DNA from: a virus
Virus record (IMG/VR): IMGVR_UViG_3300045988_040880
Strand: one strand, 5' to 3'
Length of the DNA: 50,103 bases
The notes under the pieces were generated by a model that made no database searches, was not told the origin of the DNA, and was given only the letters and a program-made list of their open reading frames with translations. Of this stretch, positions 1 through 7,296 are shown one piece after another. Position numbers and translations under genes: made by a program. Positions within the stretch are counted from its first letter, which is position 1; each line of letters opens with the position of its first letter.

Positions 1-99
1 GAAGCAGAGATAATTGGTATGGTACAAGCTCATTCAATGAAGCGTCCGACCTTTTCAAGAATGGTTGGCAGTTTGGAGCTGAGGAACTTACAAAAAAAC
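1..99. repeat. Terminal duplication identical to 50005..50103, implying a circular or circularly permuted genome with a unique length of 50004 bp
   Basis: Direct comparison of the two window ends. The string gaagcagagataattggtatgg...gaggaacttacaaaaaaac occurs at both. Confidence 0.95.
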
Positions 100-686
100 T
101 CAAAATCGCTGAAACTCAGAAAGATGTTCAAACCACTTACAAGAACATATTGAGCATGGCTGGTTACCAAGCAATCGTTCCATTGTATTTGCAAGGTGTA
201 CCAAACAACATGGTGAACAAGAAAATCGTTCCGGTCAAGAACAAAGTGATTACGATAAACAAAACAATCTCTGTTAGTGCTTGTGTATCAAGTGAAACAA
301 TGAAAGCCGAGAGTGTTAAGTGCTTCCAAATCATTAAGAAGATTGAGCAATCCGGAATTCGAGTAAACCTGAACTTAATGATTAGCACTGGTCATGTATG
401 TGCTAAAATCCGTCTTAAGTCTGCAGGTGAAAAACTCAACATCAGTAAGTTGGCATTCCCACTGGTTCATCCTTCGATGTTCAGACGTTTGTACTTCAGA
501 TTCATTGAAACTTATCCAACAATTCCGAAGAGCTACAGATTCGGATACGGAAGAGTTCCTAGTGAGAGTGAGTTCAAAGCTGTATGTGGTAAAGGTGAGA
601 TTGTTCTTCCTACACTGCTCAGAGGAAACACTGAAGAAGAAATCAGTCGTTTGAGTGTTGATGAGCTTCTTGAAAAATTGAGTTAA
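1..686 (+). CDS. 3' part of a wrap-around CDS that starts at 49863 (about 275 aa once the circle is closed); hypothetical protein
   Basis: The frame of ORF 150..686 stays open back to base 3. It is in phase with the ATG at 49863 (offset 50004 is a multiple of 3), which has an AGGAGG RBS. No family recognised. Confidence 0.7.
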   Translation, partial: SRDNWYGTSSFNEASDLFKNGWQFGAEELTKKLKIAETQKDVQTTYKNILSMAGYQAIVPLYLQGVPNNMVNKKIVPVKNKVITINKTISVSACVSSETMKAESVKCFQIIKKIEQSGIRVNLNLMISTGHVCAKIRLKSAGEKLNISKLAFPLVHPSMFRRLYFRFIETYPTIPKSYRFGYGRVPSESEFKAVCGKGEIVLPTLLRGNTEEEISRLSVDELLEKLS

Positions 687-693
687 GCTTCTT

Positions 694-720
694 GGGAGGG
701 CAACCTCCCTTGAGGTTTTT
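694..720 (+). terminator. Intrinsic terminator candidate
   Basis: GGGAGG (694-699) pairs with CCTCCC (704-709) around a GCAA loop, followed by ttgaggttttt, directly after the stop at 686. Confidence 0.6.
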
Positions 721-752
721 GAAAAATATTTGAAAAACTTTCGAAAAAAGGG

Positions 753-781
753 TGTACAAATGCAAATTTACGTGGTATAAT
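753..781 (+). promoter_or_regulatory. Promoter P1: TGTACA-N17-TATAAT with TGG extended -10
   Basis: TGTACA at 753-758 and TATAAT at 776-781 with an exact 17-nt spacer. A-tract repeats (ttgaaaaactttcgaaaaaa) lie upstream. Member of an 8-copy family. Confidence 0.8.
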
Positions 782-841
782 AATCTCGTAAGGTACAAAC
801 AAACCTACTTAAAAGTTTTCAGTTGAAAAGGAGATTATATC

Positions 842-1927
842 ATGACAAACGTAAATTTCAAGGTACTCAATATCGAAAAGGCAATGAAAAAGGATTGTGT
901 AGTGGTAACACTTACATTTGATGGTTCTGACAGACAGTTCACTTACGTAAGACGTGCTTACGGTAACACAACCGTGATTGATGGTTGCAGAATTTACTTC
1001 GATACAAACTATCAGGTTGAAAAGGTTGAACGTGAATACGAAACCAAGGGTGTTAAGAAGATGTCCACTGCAAAGCAGGTTGGTACAACCTCAAACAAAA
1101 TCAAAAATGAACTTGAAGGAAAAGGAATTGAGATTCCTAAGATTCAGATTCCTCAGGTTGAAGAGAGTGGTGAAGTTCACCATGACAGATACGAAGAAAT
1201 TAAGTGCTGCCTTGAATGTGGTATTCCGGTATACCTTGCAGGTCCTGCTGGTTCTGGTAAGAATCACACAGTTGAGCAGATTGCAAACGAACTTGGTTGG
1301 AACTTCTACTTCTCCAACAGTGTACAGCAGGAATACAAACTGACTGGCTTCATTGATGCTGGGGGGGAATTCCACGAGACAGAGTTCTATAAAGCTTGTA
1401 CTGATGAGAATGAATGCATCTTCTTCCTGGACGAAATGGATGCTTCCATTCCTGAAGTTCTGGTTCTTCTCAACGCTGCAATTGCTAATGGCTACTTTGA
1501 GTTCCCTAACGGTCGAGTTGATTTTGACCATGTTCACTTCGTAGCTGCTGGTAATACAGTAGGAAATGGTGCAGACGACATGTATACTGGCCGTATGGTG
1601 CTTGACCAGGCAACACTCGATAGATTCGCAATCATTGAGTTTGACTATTGCCTTAAGATTGAAATGGCAATCACCAAGAACAATACCGAACTGGTTGAGT
1701 TTATCCACCAGATGCGTAAGGAAGCTGAGAGCAAAGGAATCAGAGCTACATTCTCTTACAGATGCATGACGATGATTACCAAGCTTGAGCGTAAGGGTAT
1801 GAACTTGGAAATGGCAATGAAGATTAGCATTGTCAAGGGATTGGATAAGGACACAATCAATACCTTCAATCCTTCCGGCAATACCAAGTATCACAATGCA
1901 CTGAGAAAAATCCAGTTGGCCGCTTAA
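842..1927 (+). CDS. AAA+ ATPase (MoxR/CobS-like, AAA_5 type)
   Basis: Walker A 'LAGPAGSGKN', Walker B 'IFFLDEMD', and 'LDRFAIIEF' sensor region. RBS aaaggaga upstream of the ATG. Confidence 0.75.
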   Translation: MTNVNFKVLNIEKAMKKDCVVVTLTFDGSDRQFTYVRRAYGNTTVIDGCRIYFDTNYQVEKVEREYETKGVKKMSTAKQVGTTSNKIKNELEGKGIEIPKIQIPQVEESGEVHHDRYEEIKCCLECGIPVYLAGPAGSGKNHTVEQIANELGWNFYFSNSVQQEYKLTGFIDAGGEFHETEFYKACTDENECIFFLDEMDASIPEVLVLLNAAIANGYFEFPNGRVDFDHVHFVAAGNTVGNGADDMYTGRMVLDQATLDRFAIIEFDYCLKIEMAITKNNTELVEFIHQMRKEAESKGIRATFSYRCMTMITKLERKGMNLEMAMKISIVKGLDKDTINTFNPSGNTKYHNALRKIQLAA

Positions 1928-1956
1928 TGCGGCCTCTGGTCTTTACAGGAGGAACG

Positions 1957-2055
1957 ATGAACAAGGACGGCAAATCATATAGCTTAGGCTACATAATCGG
2001 ATACGTACTCGGTAAGGTGATAAAACCGGTATACGAGTTACTTAGGAGGAAATGA
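1957..2055 (+). CDS. Small hypothetical protein (32 aa)
   Basis: ATG at 1957 preceded by AGGAGG (1945-1950). Fills the gap between flanking genes. Too short for the ORF track. Confidence 0.4.
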   Translation: MNKDGKSYSLGYIIGYVLGKVIKPVYELLRRK

Positions 2056-2057
2056 AA

Positions 2058-2300
2058 ATGGCAAAACGTGGAAAGGTGCTGATAAATGTAAATGACATCA
2101 TCGGCAAGCGCTTAGGAAAGCTTGAAGTCATAAGTTATGCAGGAAACAATTACGACATGACTCTTGGTGGTGAACGAATGAGACACTACTACAGAGTTGA
2201 GTGTGAATGTGGAACAACTAAGTTAGTGCAGAGAGGACAGCTTACGAGTGAGATTGTTCATAGCTGTGGTTGTGGAAGGAGGGGAAGACGTGGCTATTAA
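2058..2300 (+). CDS. Small Cys-rich (zinc-ribbon-like) protein
   Basis: ORF 2052..2300. ATG 2058 has better spacing to AGGAGG (2044-2049). Motifs 'CECG' and 'SCGCG'. Confidence 0.6.
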   Translation: MAKRGKVLINVNDIIGKRLGKLEVISYAGNNYDMTLGGERMRHYYRVECECGTTKLVQRGQLTSEIVHSCGCGRRGRRGY

Positions 2301-2301
2301 G

Positions 2302-2553
2302 ATGCGTAATAACACTAAACCGGAAGCAATCTGCTGTGAATGTGGTGAAGGCCAAAAGGAAGTTCTGAATATGTTTGACTTGTGCATTGGTGGTAACATC
2401 TTCACAATCTGTGATGTGTGTAATGAGAAGATATTCAGTAAGTGCTTGAGTGCAGAGGTCATGAAGAATGGCCGAGTAAAATCTCAGCACGATATGGCAA
2501 TCATTCGTAAGCGTAAAAATAGAATCGGCCTCCGGAACTTTGGAGGTGAGTAA
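2302..2553 (+). CDS. Small Cys-rich (zinc-ribbon-like) protein
   Basis: In-frame ATG at 2302, directly after the upstream stop, with a GGAGGGG RBS. Motifs 'CCECG' and 'CDVC'. The longer 2248 start would overlap the previous gene by 53 nt. Confidence 0.6.
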   Translation: MRNNTKPEAICCECGEGQKEVLNMFDLCIGGNIFTICDVCNEKIFSKCLSAEVMKNGRVKSQHDMAIIRKRKNRIGLRNFGGE

Positions 2554-2943
2554 ATGATAGACTTCAGTAAGTGCCCATGCATATACTGGTCTGATTCAAC
2601 TAAGATTAGTTACCTACAACGACGCATTATCGTTTACTCGATTATGTATTATGAACACGATGAGAGCTGTGTGTCAGATGCTTATTATGACAGCATATCT
2701 CGACAGTTGGTTGCATTGCAAAGAGCATGTGACCCTGCTGAGTTTAGAAAGTCAACTTACTACTATGCAATGTATGACTTCGATGGTTCAACAGGTTTTG
2801 ATATTCCATCACGTCTTACAAAGTACGATAGAGAGTATCTTACAAACATTGCATATCATGTTCATAAGTCGTGGAAGGAGCATACTTCACTAAAAGAGAG
2901 AAAGGAGCAGATAAATGCTGGAGTTAAAGGATTTAGAAAATAG
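2554..2943 (+). CDS. Hypothetical protein
   Basis: ORF abuts the previous stop, with a GGAGGTGAG RBS. No family recognised. Confidence 0.6.
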   Translation: MIDFSKCPCIYWSDSTKISYLQRRIIVYSIMYYEHDESCVSDAYYDSISRQLVALQRACDPAEFRKSTYYYAMYDFDGSTGFDIPSRLTKYDREYLTNIAYHVHKSWKEHTSLKERKEQINAGVKGFRK

Positions 2944-3253
2944 AATTTACAGTGGTAAGCAGTGTGTAGGTTTTGACTACATTCTGAAGGATGAAAAAGG
3001 TAAGCCACAGTTCGAAGCACGATTCAGACCTGGTGCTCAGGACAATGAGTGGTGTATGACCATAGTACTTGATAGAACAAGAGACGCTGATAGTCAGGTG
3101 TACAGCTTCGACTACATCATGCCTAAGTCTGGTTTGCCGATTGGCTTGATTGCAGCTACTGGTCTTAAGTACTTTCAGCTATACCTTAAGGAAGAGATTC
3201 AAACCAAGTCAGGTTATGACTTTGCTCTTGGTGAGATTCTTAGAGGTATGTAG
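2915..3253 (+). CDS. Hypothetical protein
   Basis: ORF with an AAGGAG RBS 6 nt upstream of the ATG. Confidence 0.6.
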   Translation: MLELKDLENRIYSGKQCVGFDYILKDEKGKPQFEARFRPGAQDNEWCMTIVLDRTRDADSQVYSFDYIMPKSGLPIGLIAATGLKYFQLYLKEEIQTKSGYDFALGEILRGM

Positions 3254-3255
3254 GT

Positions 3256-3741
3256 ATGGCAATGAAGAGGTCAGGTAAGTTCTACAGAAAGAATGAAGCT
3301 GAGGTGATGGAATCCCTTGGTCTTAAGCCCACAAAGAACTCAGGTTCCGGTTGGGTTGAAAAGGAAGACGGTCAGTCTGATGATGTTATTTGTCAGCTTA
3401 AGTCAACCGATGCTGAGAGTATCAGAATACATAAAAAGGACTTGGATGTGTTAAGCTACAATGCAGCCGTTGCTCACAAACTACCTGTGTTTGCGATTCA
3501 ATTTCTGCAATCCAATGAGGTTTACTTGTTAGTTAAACCGGATATGCTTTGTGAAGCAGCTCAATACATCGAGACAGGAGAATACACCAGTGCAAATGCA
3601 TTCGTAGGTGTAGATTTAAGTGAGCATGAAGATATGGTCGCAATACCAAAGCGAACAATCAAATCAAGCTCAAAAGCACGTGAACAGTTTCAAAGAGAGA
3701 ATGAACGAAAGTTCAAGAAAGAAAAGAGGTCAGCTACATGA
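3256..3741 (+). CDS. Hypothetical protein, possibly a PD-(D/E)XK-type nuclease or resolvase
   Basis: Pattern 'NSGSGW..KEDG......CQLKST' resembles a D...(E/Q)xK nuclease core. The assignment is weak. Confidence 0.3.
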   Translation: MAMKRSGKFYRKNEAEVMESLGLKPTKNSGSGWVEKEDGQSDDVICQLKSTDAESIRIHKKDLDVLSYNAAVAHKLPVFAIQFLQSNEVYLLVKPDMLCEAAQYIETGEYTSANAFVGVDLSEHEDMVAIPKRTIKSSSKAREQFQRENERKFKKEKRSAT

Positions 3742-4124
3742 TGAACGTAAAAGTTAAAGAGGTCGTGAAGTATGGTGGCCACAGCTTATCGGCAAATGGT
3801 TCGGTAAACTTCACACTTAAAGCTCAGTATTCTGAGTTGCCTAACACAATCAAGCTTATGCAGATGCTCAACAATGATGTGAACATCAAAGCGAAGGTTC
3901 CTGGTGGTAAGCCTATGAAGTTGGGCTTCTTCAGGGTAAAGCAGATTGTCATTGATGGTGATGGTGAATCTACTATCAAGTTCAACGGTCTGAATGACTA
4001 CATTGAAATGGACAATCTGAACCTGCTTCCTCTGAACACAGATGAGAACAAGGAATTTGTGGTTCTTATGGAGGCCGATATTGAAACAGATGAAATGGAG
4101 GAAACAGACGATGGCGAAGAGTAA
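3738..4124 (+). CDS. Hypothetical protein with acidic C-terminus
   Basis: ORF overlaps the upstream stop (ATGA). C-terminal 'EMEETDDGEE'. Confidence 0.6.
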   Translation: MMNVKVKEVVKYGGHSLSANGSVNFTLKAQYSELPNTIKLMQMLNNDVNIKAKVPGGKPMKLGFFRVKQIVIDGDGESTIKFNGLNDYIEMDNLNLLPLNTDENKEFVVLMEADIETDEMEETDDGEE

Positions 4125-4380
4125 AATCGAATACCGTGAGCTTTCCAGAGCTAAGGTAACCGATTCCCGTAATATTGTGGTGTCCAGTTGTTCCAAGGGT
4201 GGATTCACTATTGCCCAGCAGCTTGAGGCCAAGGAAAACGACAAGACCACTTCGGTCTTTATGAAGGGTGCATTCCATGTGGAAGATATTCATGGACTTT
4301 ACAACCTTCGTGATGCAGTAAATCTTGCGATTAAAATTTCGGAAGAAAATTCTGCAGATAATGAAGCTTGGGATGAGTAA
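4111..4380 (+). CDS. Hypothetical protein
   Basis: In-frame ATG 4111 with a GGAGGA RBS (4096-4101). Ends in 'NEAWDE'. Confidence 0.55.
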   Translation: MAKSKIEYRELSRAKVTDSRNIVVSSCSKGGFTIAQQLEAKENDKTTSVFMKGAFHVEDIHGLYNLRDAVNLAIKISEENSADNEAWDE

Positions 4381-4438
4381 AATAGGAAATAACTTGAAAA
4401 TATTTTGCAAAAAAGTTCAAAAAGTTTTCAAAAACCTA

Positions 4439-4467
4439 TGTACAAATCAAAAGTTTCGTGGTATAAT
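4439..4467 (+). promoter_or_regulatory. Promoter P2: TGTACA-N17-TATAAT
   Basis: TGTACA at 4439-4444 and TGGTATAAT ending at 4467, with a 17-nt spacer. Upstream A-tract repeats ttcaaaaagttttcaaaaa. Confidence 0.8.
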
Positions 4468-4579
4468 ATATTCAAGAGGTGGTTAAGGAATCCTCAGTCT
4501 AAACCGCATTCGGAAGATAAGTCCTGAGTTCAGGAAAAATCATCAATCAAAAATCAAAATCAGAAAAGGAGAAATCAAA

Positions 4580-5350
4580 ATGGCAAAGAATTATACTTTC
4601 AATGAGGCAGTTGCGATTATCGCAGCAGGTAAGGACATGGAGGCAATCACTGACATCGGTCGTCGTTATCCTGTTCTTGCACATAAGATTGCAGTAGTTG
4701 CTGCAAAGGCTGGTGAGGAGTTTGTTGACCTTATGGGTTACATGCCTGATTACCTCACTGCAAATAAGGTGAACACCGCTATCAAGGCTGGTATCACTGA
4801 ATCCGGTTCCGACGAGGACGACACTGAAGACGAGGCTACTGAAGCTGCAACTGAGGATGCAACTGATGGTGGTGCTGAGTGGAATGAGAGCATGAGTGCT
4901 AAGCAGCTCTGGGACATCCTTGGTAAGGCTGGTAAGCGTAAGCTCGCTAAGTCTACTAAGAAGGCTGACCTCATCGAAGCTTGTAAGCAGGCTTTCGGTG
5001 GTGCATCTGAGGATGCAGAGGATGAGGCTGAGGACGAAGCTACTGAGTCTGAAAACGCTTACGAAGGCAAGTCCGCTATGGAGCTCTTTAAGGAGTGCAA
5101 GGCTCGTAAGATTAAGGCTGCTCCTAAGAAGCCTGCTAAGTACTACATTGACCTCCTGGTTAAGGATGATGCTGCAAAGGCTGAAGCTACTGAAGCTGAG
5201 TCCGATGACGAGGACTGGGGTGACGAAGAGGCTGAGGCTCCTAAGAAGGAAGAGAAGAAGGCTGCTAAGCCTGCTGCAAAGGGTGGCAAGGCAAAGGCTG
5301 CTAAGAAGGCCGAAGCTGAATCTGAGGATGATGACGACTGGGACATTTAA
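4580..5350 (+). CDS. Highly acidic protein with two HeH/SAP-like motifs
   Basis: D/E-rich tracts; 'MSAKQLWDILGKAGKRKLAKSTKKADLIEACKQAF' and 'AMELFKECKARKIKAAPKKPAKYYIDLL'. Strong RBS AAAGGAGA. Confidence 0.6.
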   Translation: MAKNYTFNEAVAIIAAGKDMEAITDIGRRYPVLAHKIAVVAAKAGEEFVDLMGYMPDYLTANKVNTAIKAGITESGSDEDDTEDEATEAATEDATDGGAEWNESMSAKQLWDILGKAGKRKLAKSTKKADLIEACKQAFGGASEDAEDEAEDEATESENAYEGKSAMELFKECKARKIKAAPKKPAKYYIDLLVKDDAAKAEATEAESDDEDWGDEEAEAPKKEEKKAAKPAAKGGKAKAAKKAEAESEDDDDWDI

Positions 5351-5391
5351 TGTTCAGTCAATATATGAATCCGCCTCAATAGGTAGACATA

Positions 5392-5430
5392 GGCTGGGCA
5401 TGTGTTTATGAGGCATGTGTCCAGCCTTTA
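5392..5430 (+). terminator. Intrinsic terminator candidate
   Basis: GGCTGGGCATGTG...CATGTGTCCAGCC forms a stem (with G-U pairs) followed by TTTA. Confidence 0.5.
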
Positions 5431-5449
5431 CTCAATTTAGGAGGTACAA

Positions 5450-5890
5450 ATGAAAACAGAACAGATTCTTAACCTTGACTATAGAAAAGAAGAAAGTCAA
5501 GAGATAATTCAGAAGGTGTTGACGAAAATCAAACCACTTTCTAAATACTCAGATGAGTTTGTTCCTTTGGAAGCTATTGAAAAGCTTATTCGTGTGTTGT
5601 GTCAAAAGTATGAGATTACACCACAGTGGATGACCATGTCCTATCATGAACCTATTCTTGGTATTTACTCCATTGGTGTTAAGACAACCACGGACCACAA
5701 ATGGCTTGGCACTGTATATGGTATGTGTTTGTACGAAGTATTTGCTAAGCTCGCAATTAAGATGTATTCTGAAGTCAAGTCTGGCAACATTCCCATTAAG
5801 ACAATGACTAAAGAAGAAAAGCAGCGTGAGCGTATTGCTCGAAAGGTTGACGCTGAAAAGGAACAGGATGACGAAGACGATTGGAACTAA
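5450..5890 (+). CDS. Hypothetical protein
   Basis: ORF with an AGGAGG RBS. Ends in 'DDEDDWN'. Confidence 0.6.
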   Translation: MKTEQILNLDYRKEESQEIIQKVLTKIKPLSKYSDEFVPLEAIEKLIRVLCQKYEITPQWMTMSYHEPILGIYSIGVKTTTDHKWLGTVYGMCLYEVFAKLAIKMYSEVKSGNIPIKTMTKEEKQRERIARKVDAEKEQDDEDDWN

Positions 5891-5902
5891 GGAGGAAGGC
5901 CG

Positions 5903-6385
5903 GTGAAAGTAAGAATTTTTACTGACGGTGCTTGCTCAGAAAATCCGGGCCCTGGCGGTTGGGCTGCAGTATTCAATACAGCTGATAAGTGCAAGACGAT
6001 TAGTGGTAACGAGAAAATGACCACAAATAATCGTATGGAGCTTAGAGCTGTTATTGAGGCATATACGAAGGTGCTGAGTAAGAAACCTAAGACTGACGTT
6101 GAATATGAGTTGTACTCAGACAGCGCATACGTTGTTAACTCTATCAACAATGGCTGGATAGATAAGTGGCAGCAAAACAATTGGAAGACAACTAAAAATG
6201 ATGACGTCAAGAATAGAGACTTGTGGGAACAACTTGCGTTCTTACGTAACAAAGCAAGGTCACTTGGTGTTTACATAAAAATCATCAAGATTAAGGGACA
6301 TGCTGGTAACACCTTCAATGAGCTGGTTGATAAGCTGGCTAAAGAGGAATCACTCAAAGCAAAGGAAGGTGTTAACTATGATTAA
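5903..6385 (+). CDS. rnhA: Ribonuclease HI
   Basis: 'IFTDGACSENPGPGGWAAV', 'TNNRMELRAVIEA', 'SDSAYVVN', 'GHAGNTFNELVDKLA'. GTG start with an AAGGAGGA RBS. Confidence 0.85.
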   Translation: MKVRIFTDGACSENPGPGGWAAVFNTADKCKTISGNEKMTTNNRMELRAVIEAYTKVLSKKPKTDVEYELYSDSAYVVNSINNGWIDKWQQNNWKTTKNDDVKNRDLWEQLAFLRNKARSLGVYIKIIKIKGHAGNTFNELVDKLAKEESLKAKEGVNYD

Positions 6386-6761
6386 GTACTCAAGAGAGTT
6401 CTACAAAAAATCATTCACAGCCGATACTATGAAATCGGCGTACCTATCGGCTGTGAAGTGGTATTCGACGAATGTACTGAGTAAGGCTGAATTCATAAAC
6501 GTTCATGTGCAGTTTGTAAAGGACGACAAAGCTGAATTTCCAACTATTACCATGCATTTGTTCGCTGTTCAAGATGGAGAGCAGGATGTAATGACTCAGC
6601 ATTGCGCATGTTGTAAAGAGATGCATCACAGCTTCTTCATAAATGAGGACACACATTGCAGTAGATGCAGTGCTTTAGGTTTTCAAAACAGGCTTGAGCA
6701 AAAGATAAATATAAAGAAAGACTACTATAAAGAGATGCTTAGAAAGCGATTGGAGGAATAA
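6378..6761 (+). CDS. Hypothetical Cys-rich protein
   Basis: In-frame ATG 6378 with an AAGGAAGG RBS. 'CACC...HCSRC'. Confidence 0.5.
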   Translation: MIKYSREFYKKSFTADTMKSAYLSAVKWYSTNVLSKAEFINVHVQFVKDDKAEFPTITMHLFAVQDGEQDVMTQHCACCKEMHHSFFINEDTHCSRCSALGFQNRLEQKINIKKDYYKEMLRKRLEE

Positions 6762-6764
6762 CAA

Positions 6765-7160
6765 ATGAAGAGATTCATCAGAATTACGCTCGAAATCATT
6801 CTTGATATTGTACGAGCTGTTGCATATTTCATCACACATAACCTGAGAAACTTCGCATGGCTGCTCAATTTGATTCTGCCTTATGTGATGTACTTCATCG
6901 GTCAGAAAGCTTGTGCTGACAAAGGTCAGGTTGCAGTTGGTTCTGAATTGTTCATTCCTATTGTTGTATGTGTGATTATTTACTACCTTCGTTCTTATGC
7001 TAATAAGATTGGCAAAGGTCACACCATTCCGGTACCTGATAAGAGATTCACTCAGGTTGATGACTATGGTGAGGTGTCCATTGAAAACAATCGTGTGCAG
7101 GAATTGATTCTGTATCTTGCCGACCTTGAGGATTGGCTTGAACGAAAAGGCCTACTATAA
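6765..7160 (+). CDS. Membrane protein
   Basis: Two or three hydrophobic segments in the N-terminal 80 aa. Confidence 0.55.
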   Translation: MKRFIRITLEIILDIVRAVAYFITHNLRNFAWLLNLILPYVMYFIGQKACADKGQVAVGSELFIPIVVCVIIYYLRSYANKIGKGHTIPVPDKRFTQVDDYGEVSIENNRVQELILYLADLEDWLERKGLL

Positions 7161-7162
7161 AA

Positions 7163-7266
7163 GCAGATTTATCCAGATTGTCCCAGATTTAATTTTTAGG
7201 AATAAAGGTAAGGAAATATATATCTTATAAATAAAAATCAATCTGGGGTCAATCTGGAACTTCTGT
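7163..7266. repeat. Composite element A: 3x CCAGA (10-bp phase), AT-rich core, 3x TCTGG inverted
   Basis: (G/C)CAGA at 7163, 7173, 7183. TCTGG/TCTGT at 7242, 7253, 7262. Core contains tatatatcttataaat. Confidence 0.8.
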
Positions 7267-7296
7267 GAATAACAAAAGATTGGAGGCAATATACTA

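Noticed and set aside
2248-2301. Long N-terminal extension of ORF 2248..2553 overlapping the previous gene by 53 nt
   Set aside because: The in-frame ATG at 2302 has a proper RBS and starts right after the upstream stop. The extension is probably not translated. Similar trimming was applied to track ORFs 4042, 6300, 7782, 8739, 9202, 18278, 33776, 37278, 38077, 41573 and 46035.
4468-4579. Long P2 leader considered as a tRNA or sRNA gene
   Set aside because: No cloverleaf, T-loop (GTTCRANYC) or acceptor pairing could be drawn. It runs straight into the RBS of CDS 4580, so it is treated as a 5' UTR.
4896-5411. 171-aa alternative-frame ORF inside the acidic protein gene
   Set aside because: Its L/R/S-rich sequence comes from reading GA(A/G)/GCT-rich codons out of frame. 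It has no RBS and is fully nested in a well-supported ORF.
7163-7266. CCAGA arrays and the tape-measure repeats (25996-26655), considered as CRISPR arrays
   Set aside because: The repeat units are 5-7 bp at 10-bp spacing, or 132-nt in-frame coding repeats. Neither has the 24-40-bp repeat and unique spacer structure of CRISPR. No cas genes are present apart from a stand-alone Cas4-like nuclease typical of phages.
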